The translations under genes and the position numbers were made by a program. From contig CAVWBA010000021.1 of the NCBI GenBank assembly GCA_963753135.1, positions 12,166 through 76,165 of the forward strand: a stretch of 64,000 nt of DNA. The letters run 5' to 3'. Origin of the DNA: an uncultured Alphaproteobacteria bacterium. Its GTDB lineage: Bacteria > Pseudomonadota > Alphaproteobacteria > Rhizobiales > Beijerinckiaceae. The stretch's first letter is position 1, and every line of letters starts with the position of its first letter. The notes beneath the pieces were generated by a model. The model worked only from the letters and a program-made list of their open reading frames with translations. It did not search any database and was not told the DNA's origin. This document shows, piece after piece, positions 22,934-32,929 of the stretch.

Positions 22934-24249
22934 ATGGCCGATCTGCGCACCAATTTTCTCGGCGTCAAATCGCCCAATCCGTTCTGGCTCGCCTCCGCCC
23001 CGCCCACCGATCGGAAGGTCAATGTCGAGCGCGCCTTCCGCGCCGGCTGGGGCGGCGTGGTGTGGAAGACGCTGGGCGAAGCGGGGCCGCCGGTCGTCAA
23101 TGTGTCGGGCGCGCGCTACGGCGCGATCCACGGGCCCGACCGGCGCCTCATCGCGATGAACAACATCGAGCTCATCACCGACCGCGACCTCGAGATCAAT
23201 CTTCGCGAGATCAAGGAGGTCAAGCGCGCCTGGCCCGACCGCGCGCTGATCGTGTCGCTGATGGTTCCCTGCGACGAGAAGTCGTGGGAGGACATTCTCG
23301 CTCGCGTCGAGGAGACCGAATGCGACGGCGTCGAGCTCAATTTCGGCTGCCCGCACGGCATGTCGCGAGCGCGGCATGGGCTCGGCCGTCGGCCAGGTTC
23401 CGGAATATGTCGAGATGGTCGCGCGCTGGTGCAAGGCGCATACCCGCATGCCGGTCATCGTGAAGCTCACGCCCAACATCACCGACGTGCGCCAGCCGGC
23501 GCGCGCGGCGAAAAAAGGCGGCGCCGATGCGGTGTCGCTCATCAACACCATCAATTCGATCATGAATATCGATCTCGACCATATGACGCCGGACGTCGCG
23601 ATCGACGGCAAGGGCACGCATGGAGGCATGTGCGGCCCCGCGGTCAAGCCGATCGCGCTGTCGATGGTGTCGGAGATCGCCCGCGATCCGGCTTGCGCCG
23701 GCCATGCCAATTTCCGCCATCGGCGGGATCACCACCTGGCGCGACGCGGCGGAGTTCATCGCTCTCGGCGCTGGCACAGTGCAGGTCTGCACCGCCGCGA
23801 TGACCTACGGCTTCAAGGTCGTCCAGGAGATGGTCACGGGTCTCGCGAATTACATGGACTCGAAGGGCTATGCGACGATCGAGGATTTCCGCGGCCGCGC
23901 GGTTCCCTCGATCACCGACTGGCAATATCTCAATCTCAATTACGTCGCGAAGGCCGAGATCGATCAGAAGCTCTGCATTCAATGCGGCCGCTGCCACATC
24001 GTCTGCGAGGACACTTCGCACCAGGCGATCTTCGCCCGCGTCAACGGCAAGCGCCAGTTCGTGGTCAACGAGGCCGAATGCGTCGGCTGCAACCTCTGCA
24101 CGCTGGTCTGCCCGGTCGAGAACTGCATCACGCTCGTTCACAAAGTCGCGGGCGTCGATCCGCGCACCGGGCTCGATTATGACCGCCCACCCGCCAACTG
24201 GACGGCGCATCCGAACAACCCGGCTGTTCACACAAGAGCGGCGGAGTAG
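22934..24249 (+). CDS. preA: Dihydropyrimidine dehydrogenase subunit B (two +1 frameshifts, ~23367 and ~23703)
   Basis: NPFWLASAPPTD, ELNFGCPHGM, VKLTPN, LINTINS, C-terminal CIQCGRC and CVGCNLC ferredoxin motifs. Confidence 0.93.
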
Positions 24250-24446
24250 CGCTGCGCGAGCGCCGCTAGCGCCCCTCGGTTCTCGGTGGCGGCGAGCCGC
24301 GTTCGGCCCGCGATTGCGCCTGAGCAGAACGGGGACATGATGGCGTACGGCGGGCACGACTGCCGACTTCGTGGCCGGACTAAGCCTCCGGCCCCTCTCG
24401 CAGCGACGTGGGTAGGCGCGCTTCGCGTCGCGCTCGTCCGAACGCC

Positions 24447-26741
24447 ATGACCCTCGCCCTCGACCGGCTTCTTCCTCGCGCGCTGATTGTGATCGCGCTC
24501 GCCGCGCTCCTCGCCGGAGGCGCCGCGTGGGCGGCTGGCGACTCGACGCTTGCCAACTGGCTTTGGGCGGCGGGCGCAATTCCCGTCATTGTCGGGCTCC
24601 TCGTGTCGATTTCACGCGACCTCCTCGCCGGCCGTCTTGGGGTGGACGCGGTTGCGCTTCTGTCCATGATCGGGGCGCTCGCGCTCGCCGAATTTCTCGC
24701 CGCCATTGTCGTGGCGGTCATGTATGCGGGGGGCGCCGCGCTTGAGGAATTCGCGGTCTCCCGCGCAGAGCGCGACATCAGGTCCCTCATCGACCGTGCG
24801 CCCCGCGTCGCGCATCGGGAAGGCGCGGGCGAGGTGGACGATGTTCCCGTCTCGGAGGTCGCGGTCGGCGATCGGCTGCTCGTGCGCGCGGGGGAGGTCC
24901 TTCCGGTTGACGGCGTCCTTGCGGGCTCTGACGCGGCGCTCGACGAGTCGGCTCTCACCGGTGAGCCGATCCCGGTCATACGACGCACGGGCGAGGCGGC
25001 GCGCAGCGGCGCCGTCAACGCAGGACAGACCTTTGTGCTTGTGGCGACGGCGACAGAGGGCGAGAGCACCTATGCCGGAATCGTGCGGATGGCGACCGCG
25101 GCGCAAACCGCCAAATCGCCCACCATCCGGACCGCGGACCGGTTTGCGCTGCTGCTTCTGCCGGTCTCGCTGGCGCTTGCAGGACTCGCATGGGGCCTCT
25201 CCGGAGATCCGGTCCGCGGGCTTGCGGTGCTCGTGACCGCGACGCCGTGCCCGCTGATCCTCGCCGCTCCGGTCGCCTATATTGCGGGCGTCGCCCGGGC
25301 GGCGCGGCGCGGTATCCTGATGAAGGGCGGGCTCGCGCTCGAGGCGCTGGCGCGGACGCGCACCGTGATCTTCGACAAGACGGGCACGTTGACGGTCGGC
25401 GGCGCGCACATCATCAGGATCGAGACCGCGCCCGGCTGGAACGCCAACGAGACGCTGCGCATCGCCGCCTCTCTCGAACAGGCGTCGCAGCATCCCGTGG
25501 CGGCGGCGATCGTCGCCGCGGCGCGCGAACGGGGGCTCAGTCTGGACACGCCGACGAACGTTCGCGAAGCCATGGGCTCGGGGCTTCAGGGCGATCTCGG
25601 GGGGCGTAAGGTCCGCGTCGGCGCCTATGCCTATGTGTTCGAGTCGTCGCTCGCGAATTCCTGGGCGCGGCGGATCCTGCGGCAGGCTTCCTTCCGCTCG
25701 GCGCTCGTCGTTTTCGTCTCCGTCGAAGCCACGCCGGCGGGGGCGATTTTGCTTGCAGATGAGTTGCGCCGCGACGCGCCGCGAGCGATCCAGGGGCTGC
25801 GGGCGGCCGGAGTCTCGCGGATCGTGATGCTGACCGGCGATAGGGCGGAAACGGCGGAAGCGATCGGCGCCGCTCTCGATCTAGACTCCGTGCTTTCCGA
25901 TCGCGACCCGGCCGACAAGGTCGCGGCGGTTGCAGTGGAGCGGGGGCTCCAGCCGACGCTGATGGTCGGCGACGGCGTCAATGACGCGCCTGCCCTCGCG
26001 GCCGCCAATGTGGGAGTAGCCATGGGCGTGCGCGGCGCGAGCGCGTCGTCGGAGGCGGCGGATGTCGTGATCCTAGTCGACGCCATCGACCGCGTATCCG
26101 ACGCGGTCGGAATCGCCCGACGCGCCTACGCAATCGCGTTCCAGAGCATGGCGGGCGGAATGGCTCTCTCGGGGGTGGCGATGGTTGCTGCGGCCTTCGG
26201 ATGGCTGACGCCGATCGCCGGCGCTCTCACTCAGGAGGTCATCGACGTCGCCGTCATTCTCAACGCCTTGCGGGCGCTGGGCTCGGGACGCGATTGGCGG
26301 CGGCGGAGATTGCCGGCGAGCGACGCCAAAGCGCTGCGAGAGGACCATCTGAAGCTGGAGACGAGCCTCGACCGGCTGCGTGACATTGTGATGGCGCTCG
26401 ACCGGGCCTTGCCTTCCGAGGGCGCCTCGCTAATCCGCGAAGCGAATGCCATAGTCGCAAAAGACCTCGTCGAGCACGAGCGCCTAGACGAAGCTAAAGT
26501 CTATCCGCGTCTGCGCCGCTCTCTCGCGAGCGGGTATGGTCTCGCGGCGATGAGTCGCGTCCACCGCGAGTTGTTGCACCTCGCGCATCTATTGTCGCGC
26601 CTGTCCGAAAGCCTCTCCGAAGGCGACACCGATCCGACGACGCTACGCGACGGACAGCGGATCGTAGAATCGATCGAGACGATCGCTCGCATTCACAACG
26701 CTCAGGAGGAAGACATCTACGAACACGCAACGGCGCATTGA
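24447..26741 (+). CDS. Heavy-metal P1B-5-type ATPase with C-terminal hemerythrin domain
   Basis: LTGE, TPCPL, DKTGTLT, GDGVNDAP, QEVID; tail with EDH, EHERLDE, VHRE, HNAQEE hemerythrin pattern. Confidence 0.9.
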   Translation: MTLALDRLLPRALIVIALAALLAGGAAWAAGDSTLANWLWAAGAIPVIVGLLVSISRDLLAGRLGVDAVALLSMIGALALAEFLAAIVVAVMYAGGAALEEFAVSRAERDIRSLIDRAPRVAHREGAGEVDDVPVSEVAVGDRLLVRAGEVLPVDGVLAGSDAALDESALTGEPIPVIRRTGEAARSGAVNAGQTFVLVATATEGESTYAGIVRMATAAQTAKSPTIRTADRFALLLLPVSLALAGLAWGLSGDPVRGLAVLVTATPCPLILAAPVAYIAGVARAARRGILMKGGLALEALARTRTVIFDKTGTLTVGGAHIIRIETAPGWNANETLRIAASLEQASQHPVAAAIVAAARERGLSLDTPTNVREAMGSGLQGDLGGRKVRVGAYAYVFESSLANSWARRILRQASFRSALVVFVSVEATPAGAILLADELRRDAPRAIQGLRAAGVSRIVMLTGDRAETAEAIGAALDLDSVLSDRDPADKVAAVAVERGLQPTLMVGDGVNDAPALAAANVGVAMGVRGASASSEAADVVILVDAIDRVSDAVGIARRAYAIAFQSMAGGMALSGVAMVAAAFGWLTPIAGALTQEVIDVAVILNALRALGSGRDWRRRRLPASDAKALREDHLKLETSLDRLRDIVMALDRALPSEGASLIREANAIVAKDLVEHERLDEAKVYPRLRRSLASGYGLAAMSRVHRELLHLAHLLSRLSESLSEGDTDPTTLRDGQRIVESIETIARIHNAQEEDIYEHATAH

Positions 26742-26791
26742 GCGTCGTGTGCTTGGTGACGCCTCTTTGAATCCATTCCGCCTTAAACTCC

Positions 26792-26910
26792 TTCAGCTTT
26801 CCGAACACCGAATTGACGTCGATCTTCTCGTCCACAGGCTTGGGCTTGGGGTCGGGACGCCGAACACTTCGAGCTGGCGCGCGGGAGCCGCCGCCGGACG
26901 GGCGGTGGTG
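26792..26910 (-). repeat. Degenerate duplicate of the DUF1013 gene 3' end
   Basis: Aligns to 29005-29124; the first 41 nt are identical. Confidence 0.9.
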
Positions 26911-26927
26911 CGCCAAAGAGATGGGTC

Positions 26928-28745
26928 TTATTCCACCGCTGAAAGACCCGCCTCGACCGAACGGCTCGGCTTCGCGCTCAAAATCAAATTGCCGATCGCC
27001 GCCCGCAGCTTGCCGTTGGATACGGGCTTGTGCATGAGCAAGAGGCCGCTGGCCTTGGCCTCCGTCAGTCGATCAGGCGCGGTGTCGCCGGTGATCAGGA
27101 TCGCGGGTATCGACCCATTGTATTCCGCACGAATGCGCTTGATGACGACGAGACCGCTTTCGCCCTCGCGCAGGCGATAGTCGCACAGGATCAGCGCAGG
27201 TCTCGCCGGGCAGGACGAGAGACGCAAAATGGCTTCGTCGCCGCCACCGACCGCGACGACGTCGTACCCCCACCCCGTCAAGAGACTCCGCGTCGCGTCA
27301 CAAACCGCGGGCTCGTCGTCGATCACGACCACGAGCCCTTTCGCCGGCGCCATGGAGGCGAAAGCCGGCTCCGGCTCGGCGACCGGCGATTGCGATTCCG
27401 CAAGCGGGATCGTCACCTCGAAGCGCGAACCCCGCCCGGGCTCCGAGCGCAATATCAATCCGCAATCAAGAAGAGAGGTCAATCGCCGGACGATCGCAAG
27501 GCCCAGTCCGAGTCCCTTGGTTGAATCGCGGTGAGGATTGCCGAGTTGATAGTACTCTTGAAACACGCGCTTCTGCTCGTCGAGCGGAATGCCGCGCCCG
27601 GTGTCGATCACCTGTACCGCGACCGTAGCGCCCCGGCGTCGGGCGCCGATCACGATCCGTCCGCGATCGGTGTAGCGCACCGCATTCGACACGAGGTTGC
27701 GCAGGACCCGCTCGATCAGCACCGGGTCGGTCCAAACGATGGCGCTGCATCGCTTCCAGACGAGGGAGACACCCTTGGCCTTTGCTTCTTCCCGGTGGTC
27801 CTGGCAAAGGCGCTCGAGCACCGGGCCGATGGGAACTGCCCGTCTCTCGACGGCGACAACTCCCGCATCGAGCTTTGAAATGTCGAGAAGCGCCGAAAAG
27901 AGGCTGTCCATCGCCGCAGTCGAGGCTTCGATCTGCTGGATGATCCGACGCCCCTCCGGCGCCATCGGAACGCCGCGCAGAGCCCCGACAAACATGCCGA
28001 GCGCATGGATGGGCTGGCGCAGATCGTAACTCGCCGCCGCGAGGAAGGATGATTTTGCCCGGTTCGCCTCCACGGCGATCTCCCGTTCCCGCTCGGCGAT
28101 GTCCTTCTGCCTTTGCAAGTCGAGCGCCATGGCCTGAGTACGAATTCTCAAGCCCACGATCTGCTTGAACGAGCGGTTCGTCGTGAAGCCCAAGGCGGCG
28201 AACGCTGCGATGAAGACGAGCATGAGCAGGCTGGTCAGGCGCTCGACGGGATTTGAAGAGACTGCGCTCGCCAGCGCATAGGGAAGCGTCGCCGGAAAGA
28301 ACAGGGCGTAGAAAGCCGGCAAATACGAGCCAAATGCGACGATCGCTCCCTCCGCGACCGCCGCAGTCACAACGACGATGATGAGCTGCACCTCGAAGCG
28401 ATCGCCTGTCGCAAGTCCTATCGGGGCCCAACCCCAGGCAATTCCCTCGGCAAAGCTGATGACGCTGAACCAGAGCGCCCACTTGCGCCATTGATCGCTC
28501 TGCGCGCGGGAGCGCGAGTAGGCGCGCCCGAGCAGGATGTGCGAGAGCGCGCAGATGACGACGAAGGCGCTCCACGCCGATCCGATTCTTGCGTCTACAG
28601 ATCCAAGGCGGTGCAGGATCGCAAGGAGAACGACAGAAGCGACCGCAGCGGAGCCCACGCCGAGCGGGCCCGCCCGGAACAATGCGTCAATCTGGGCCGC
28701 GCGAATGGCCTCGCGAGCGTCGGCGGATTCCGCCGGCGTCGTCAT
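26928..28745 (-). CDS. Membrane hybrid sensor histidine kinase/response regulator with H-box His replaced by Tyr
   Basis: TM N-terminus, ASYDLRQP, NLVSNA, DTGRGI, GLGLGL, receiver IDDE...CDYRL...HKP. Confidence 0.9.
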   Translation of the reverse strand: MTTPAESADAREAIRAAQIDALFRAGPLGVGSAAVASVVLLAILHRLGSVDARIGSAWSAFVVICALSHILLGRAYSRSRAQSDQWRKWALWFSVISFAEGIAWGWAPIGLATGDRFEVQLIIVVVTAAVAEGAIVAFGSYLPAFYALFFPATLPYALASAVSSNPVERLTSLLMLVFIAAFAALGFTTNRSFKQIVGLRIRTQAMALDLQRQKDIAEREREIAVEANRAKSSFLAAASYDLRQPIHALGMFVGALRGVPMAPEGRRIIQQIEASTAAMDSLFSALLDISKLDAGVVAVERRAVPIGPVLERLCQDHREEAKAKGVSLVWKRCSAIVWTDPVLIERVLRNLVSNAVRYTDRGRIVIGARRRGATVAVQVIDTGRGIPLDEQKRVFQEYYQLGNPHRDSTKGLGLGLAIVRRLTSLLDCGLILRSEPGRGSRFEVTIPLAESQSPVAEPEPAFASMAPAKGLVVVIDDEPAVCDATRSLLTGWGYDVVAVGGGDEAILRLSSCPARPALILCDYRLREGESGLVVIKRIRAEYNGSIPAILITGDTAPDRLTEAKASGLLLMHKPVSNGKLRAAIGNLILSAKPSRSVEAGLSAVE

Positions 28746-28976
28746 CTTCCCTCGTCGGGTCCGGATGAGGCCACGCTCACAAAGCCGCCGCCACATGGTT
28801 CACGTCCGCCCGCCGCGCAACCTCACAATCCCAGGACAAACACCTTTGCGGCGGACGCCATTCTAACCACAGAAGCGCTTAGCGCAACGATCCGCGGCTC
28901 CTGGTCGTCGCGGCCCCGAGGCTCCCTGTCTTGCCGTCGGTGGAAACGACACGAGGCAAAGAGACCTACAATCCGC

Positions 28977-29699
28977 TTATTCGCCCTCTGGCGAGGCCTT
29001 TTCTTTCAGCTTTCCGAACACCGAATTGACGTCGATCTTCTCGTCGGCCGGCTTGGGCTTCGCGGTCGGGACGCCGAACACTTCGAGCTGGCTCGCAGGA
29101 GCGGCCACTGGCCGGGCGGTGGTGATCTCCGCCGAGACCAGCGTCTGGCTGCGATCGTCTTCGACCTTGGGCCGCTCCTTTGCGGCGCGATTGACCTCGA
29201 AGTCGAGGTCGATCTGTGAGCACAAGCCCAGCGTCACCGGGTCCATCGGCTGAAGATTGGCCGAGTTCCAGTGCGTGCGCTCGCGGATGGCGGAAAGTGT
29301 GTGCTTGGTCGTGCCGACCAGCCGCATGATCTGCGCGTCCTTGAGCTCAGGATGGTTGCGCAAGAGCCACAATACGGCGTTTGGCCGGTCGTGCCGGCGC
29401 GACAACGGGGTGTAGCGCGCGCCGCGCGCCTTCTTGAATTCGGGCGTGCGCACCTTCGAGGTCGAAAGATGCAGGCGATGATTGGGATCCTGCTCGGCGG
29501 CGGCGATCTCCTCGCGCGTGAGCTGGCCGGTCGAGATGGGATCGTAGCCCTTGATGCCCGTCGCCACTTCGCCGTCGGCTATCCCCTTCACTTCCAGGGG
29601 GTGCAGTTTGCAGAACTCCGCAATCTGATCGAAGGTCAGCGAGGTGTTTTCGACCAGCCAGACGGCGGTCGCCTTCGGCATCAACGGCGCGTCGCTCAT
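28977..29699 (-). CDS. DUF1013 family protein
   Basis: MPKATAVWLVENTSLTFDQIAEFCKLHPLEV, YTPLSRRHDRP, RERTHWN. Confidence 0.9.
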   Translation of the reverse strand: MSDAPLMPKATAVWLVENTSLTFDQIAEFCKLHPLEVKGIADGEVATGIKGYDPISTGQLTREEIAAAEQDPNHRLHLSTSKVRTPEFKKARGARYTPLSRRHDRPNAVLWLLRNHPELKDAQIMRLVGTTKHTLSAIRERTHWNSANLQPMDPVTLGLCSQIDLDFEVNRAAKERPKVEDDRSQTLVSAEITTARPVAAPASQLEVFGVPTAKPKPADEKIDVNSVFGKLKEKASPEGE

Positions 29700-29962
29700 G
29701 AACGATGGCTCCTTAATGATCGCTTGCGCGCACTGGCGGGGTTTTTCCCGCAAACGCAGTCTCAAAGGATCAAACTTGAGAGGAAAACCGTTGTATAGGC
29801 GTCAGTGCAGCGAATTGCAATGTTTATAGGCAGCGTAAGCGCGGATTACTCAAGCAAAATGCGTCTCAGGGCCTCTTGCCAAGGCTGGGGGCGGAAACCA
29901 AATGCCGGGCTCAAGTTCGCCGTCCGGGCTTCTCGCCTCGCAAAATCAACGGAACCCATTCC

Positions 29963-30211
29963 ATGAAATACGCAATGTTCGCCGCCATCGCTCTGGCGCT
30001 CGCGTCAGCCACGGCGCCCGCGCCGGCTGAGGCCAAGGGGTGTCTCAAGGGCGCGGTCGTCGGCGGCGTCGCCGGCCACTATGCGGGCCATCACGGAGTC
30101 ATCGGCGCGATCGGCGGCTGCATCGTCGGACATCACATGGCCAACGAAAAGGCGAAGCAGCAGGCTGCCCCGCCCGCTCAGGCCGAGCCGGCGCCCAAGC
30201 CGAACGGTTAG
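29963..30211 (+). CDS. Small secreted glycine-zipper protein
   Basis: Signal peptide ending AEA; KGCLKGAVVGGVAGHYAGHHGVIGAIGGC. Confidence 0.8.
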   Translation: MKYAMFAAIALALASATAPAPAEAKGCLKGAVVGGVAGHYAGHHGVIGAIGGCIVGHHMANEKAKQQAAPPAQAEPAPKPNG

Positions 30212-30232
30212 CAACGCCGCGGGTCGGCGGCC

Positions 30233-31297
30233 TCAGGCCTTGTTGTTGAGCGCGCGCTCGGACTTGGGATCGAGCGGCCAGCGCGGCCGGCCCGGAGCGT
30301 CCAGCCCATCGATCATCCCGAGCCTGAGCCGCTCGACGCCCGCCCAGGCGATCATTGCGCCGTTGTCGGTGCAGAGTTTCGGCGGCGGCGCGACAAGGGG
30401 TAGGCCAACCTCGGCGCACAATTGGGTCAGCGCCCCCCGCAGCGCCGCATTGGCCGCGACCCCGCCGGCGATCACCACCGCGCGCGGAGCGACGCCGAGT
30501 CGCCGGCGGAACAGCTTCAAGCCGACGCGAATGCGGTCCTCGACCACATCGACCACGGCCGCCTGAAACGAGGCGCAGAGGTCGGCGACGTCGCGCGGCC
30601 GCAACGGAGCCACAAATTCCGCCGCGAGGCGGACTGCCGTTTTGAGGCCCGACAGCGAAAAATCAGCATCTGGCCGGCCAAGCAAAGGCCGAGGTAGGGC
30701 AAAGCGCGTCGGATCGCCGCCTTGCGCAGCCGCCTCTACCGCAGGCCCGCCGGGAAACGACAGTCCCAGCAGTTTGGCGGTCTTGTCGAACGCTTCTCCG
30801 ATGGCGTCGTCCATGGTCGCCCCGAGGCGAACGTAATCGCCAACGCCTTTGACCGCGAGGATCTGCGTATGTCCACCCGAGGCGATGAGCACGAGAAAGG
30901 GAAAGGCGACGGTCTCCGTCAGCCGCGCGGTCAAAGCGTGCGCCTCGAGGTGGTTGACGGCGACGAAAGGCTTGCCGCACGCCAACGCCACGCCCTTGCC
31001 CGCCATCAGCCCGACAAGGACGCCGCCGATGAGGCCGGGTCCTGCCGCGGCCGCCACTCCGTCGAGGTCCTTGGCGGAGACCTTGGCTCGCCTGAGCGCG
31101 CTTGCGATGAGCAGATCGATGATCTCGACATGGGCGCGGGCCGCGATTTCCGGCACGACGCCGCCGAACGGCGCGTGCGCGGCGATCTGGCTCATCACTT
31201 CGTCGGCGAGGATTTCGCCTGAGCCGTCAGGCTTGAGCCGCACCACCGCCGCCGCCGTCTCGTCGCAGGTCGTCTCAATGCCAAGAACGCGCATCAT
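30233..31297 (-). CDS. tsaD: tRNA t6A37 threonylcarbamoyltransferase TsaD
   Basis: [46 protein letters not shown]. Confidence 0.97.
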   Translation of the reverse strand: MMRVLGIETTCDETAAAVVRLKPDGSGEILADEVMSQIAAHAPFGGVVPEIAARAHVEIIDLLIASALRRAKVSAKDLDGVAAAAGPGLIGGVLVGLMAGKGVALACGKPFVAVNHLEAHALTARLTETVAFPFLVLIASGGHTQILAVKGVGDYVRLGATMDDAIGEAFDKTAKLLGLSFPGGPAVEAAAQGGDPTRFALPRPLLGRPDADFSLSGLKTAVRLAAEFVAPLRPRDVADLCASFQAAVVDVVEDRIRVGLKLFRRRLGVAPRAVVIAGGVAANAALRGALTQLCAEVGLPLVAPPPKLCTDNGAMIAWAGVERLRLGMIDGLDAPGRPRWPLDPKSERALNNKA

Positions 31298-31428
31298 GAA
31301 AGCCCATAGCCTGAACGGGAGGCTGAGAAAACCCGCTTTGCCGCGGCGCGATTGCGTACGACCCAGGCGTTCGGCCGCTCTGTCGCTGCTTTTCAAGGCA
31401 TGGTAAGGTTTGGCGACAGGAGGGGCCT

Positions 31429-32256
31429 ATGAGCAGCCCAATCGGGCCAAACGAAATTCGCGTGGTGATCCGGCCGGTCGAAGCGCGCGACTACGATCTG
31501 GGGCCTATCCCAGCCGAATTGTTCAAGAAGACGTTCGACGCGTTTTTGACGGCGCTGCAGGTGACGGACCGCGAGCTTCAGCCGAAAGCGCGATCGAGCG
31601 AGTTTTTGATCTCTCAGCTGGCGCTCAATCCTTATGAGTTCGGAATCCTGGAGAAGCGGAAAGCGTTCGGCCAAACCGGCCCGTCGGCGATCGAGTTCTT
31701 CCGGCGCTGCGCCGAGGGCGTTTACCGCAGCGACTACCAGACGGTCGTTCGTCATCCCCGGGTGACGCGGGCGTTTATCCGCATCGTGAAGGCGTTCAGC
31801 CCCTCCTTTCATATCCTGGCGCAATTCCACAACGCGGAACTGCCGATAGACGATTTCTTTCGCCGCCAGGTCGATCGGGTCGGGGCCAAGGATGATGCAG
31901 TGCGGACAGACAACTGGTTCCTGGGCAGCGCGATCATGTCGTTCGAAGGGCGGCTCGACGAGATCGACTATCGCGGCCCGGTATGGACGGGCGACCTCAT
32001 GCTCCCGGCGGGAACGACCCACGTCGAATGCGTTTTCGACAAATCGCAGGGCGAGGATGCGTTGAACCCTTTCGGCAACAAAAACGTTTGCGTCACAGGA
32101 CGAGCTATCTACACTGGCGACAGCCAGCTTCCTGAGCGAATAGAAGTGTTAACGATCGAAGAAAGAGCCCACGTGAGCGCCGCGATCGACATCCGCGGCT
32201 CGCTGCGCATGAATTTCTCATCGGACGAGGACAACGACCTTGATTGCGTCGAGTAG
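31429..32256 (+). CDS. Hypothetical 275-aa protein, putative partner/antitoxin of the downstream PIN protein
   Basis: Clean ORF with GGAGG RBS; overlaps the PIN gene by 17 nt. Confidence 0.7.
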   Translation: MSSPIGPNEIRVVIRPVEARDYDLGPIPAELFKKTFDAFLTALQVTDRELQPKARSSEFLISQLALNPYEFGILEKRKAFGQTGPSAIEFFRRCAEGVYRSDYQTVVRHPRVTRAFIRIVKAFSPSFHILAQFHNAELPIDDFFRRQVDRVGAKDDAVRTDNWFLGSAIMSFEGRLDEIDYRGPVWTGDLMLPAGTTHVECVFDKSQGEDALNPFGNKNVCVTGRAIYTGDSQLPERIEVLTIEERAHVSAAIDIRGSLRMNFSSDEDNDLDCVE

Positions 32257-32845
32257 CGACAAGCATTTCCTCCATTCAAGCGTTGTGCTTCGCCACGCGA
32301 ACGGGGAATCGGGCGAGGCCGAACATCACATCGAGACGATTCTGACCGAGGCGGCTGTCCACAAGCGTCGCGTATGGGTGAGCAGCGTCCTGTTTGCAGA
32401 GCTCAGGCCGTCGACATTCGTCCCCGGCCGGTTCGCCACCCTGTTCGAATTGACGCGCTATATCCGGGCGCTGGCGACCCTGGTGACTCCTGACCCCAAC
32501 GCAATGCTGCGCGTGGCGCGGCTCCGCGACGCCAAATGGCATATGCCCAGCGAGGGCCGTGAAGCAGAAGGAAAGCCGCGCGCGATGGCCCTCGGTGACG
32601 CCATGGAGATTGCATCGGCTCTGTGGGTCAAGGAGGCGATCGGCGTGCCCGACCTCGAGTTCCTCACCTTTGACAATTGGTGCGCTCCTGACGGGACCCC
32701 CGGCAATCGCCTCTGCCTGCTGCATCTCCAGGATTATGCGGTCGATGTGGGGAGGGATGCCGACGTCAAGGCGGCAATCCGCCTGATCCGTGTCGAACCG
32801 CTCGTCCACGCGCAAGCCTACCCCAATTCCGTGCCAGCGGGATAA
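32240..32845 (+). CDS. Atypical PIN-domain (VapC-like) protein
   Basis: SSVLFAEL, GDAMEIASA and FLTFD match the PIN layout; the first acidic position reads FLHSSV. Confidence 0.6.
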   Translation: MIASSSDKHFLHSSVVLRHANGESGEAEHHIETILTEAAVHKRRVWVSSVLFAELRPSTFVPGRFATLFELTRYIRALATLVTPDPNAMLRVARLRDAKWHMPSEGREAEGKPRAMALGDAMEIASALWVKEAIGVPDLEFLTFDNWCAPDGTPGNRLCLLHLQDYAVDVGRDADVKAAIRLIRVEPLVHAQAYPNSVPAG

Positions 32846-32929
32846 ACGCCTCCGGCTCGAAAGCTTTGATCCGTCCTCGCGTCCCTCCATATTGGCGGGG
32901 CATACGAGCGATAAGGGCTGGCGCGCCGA

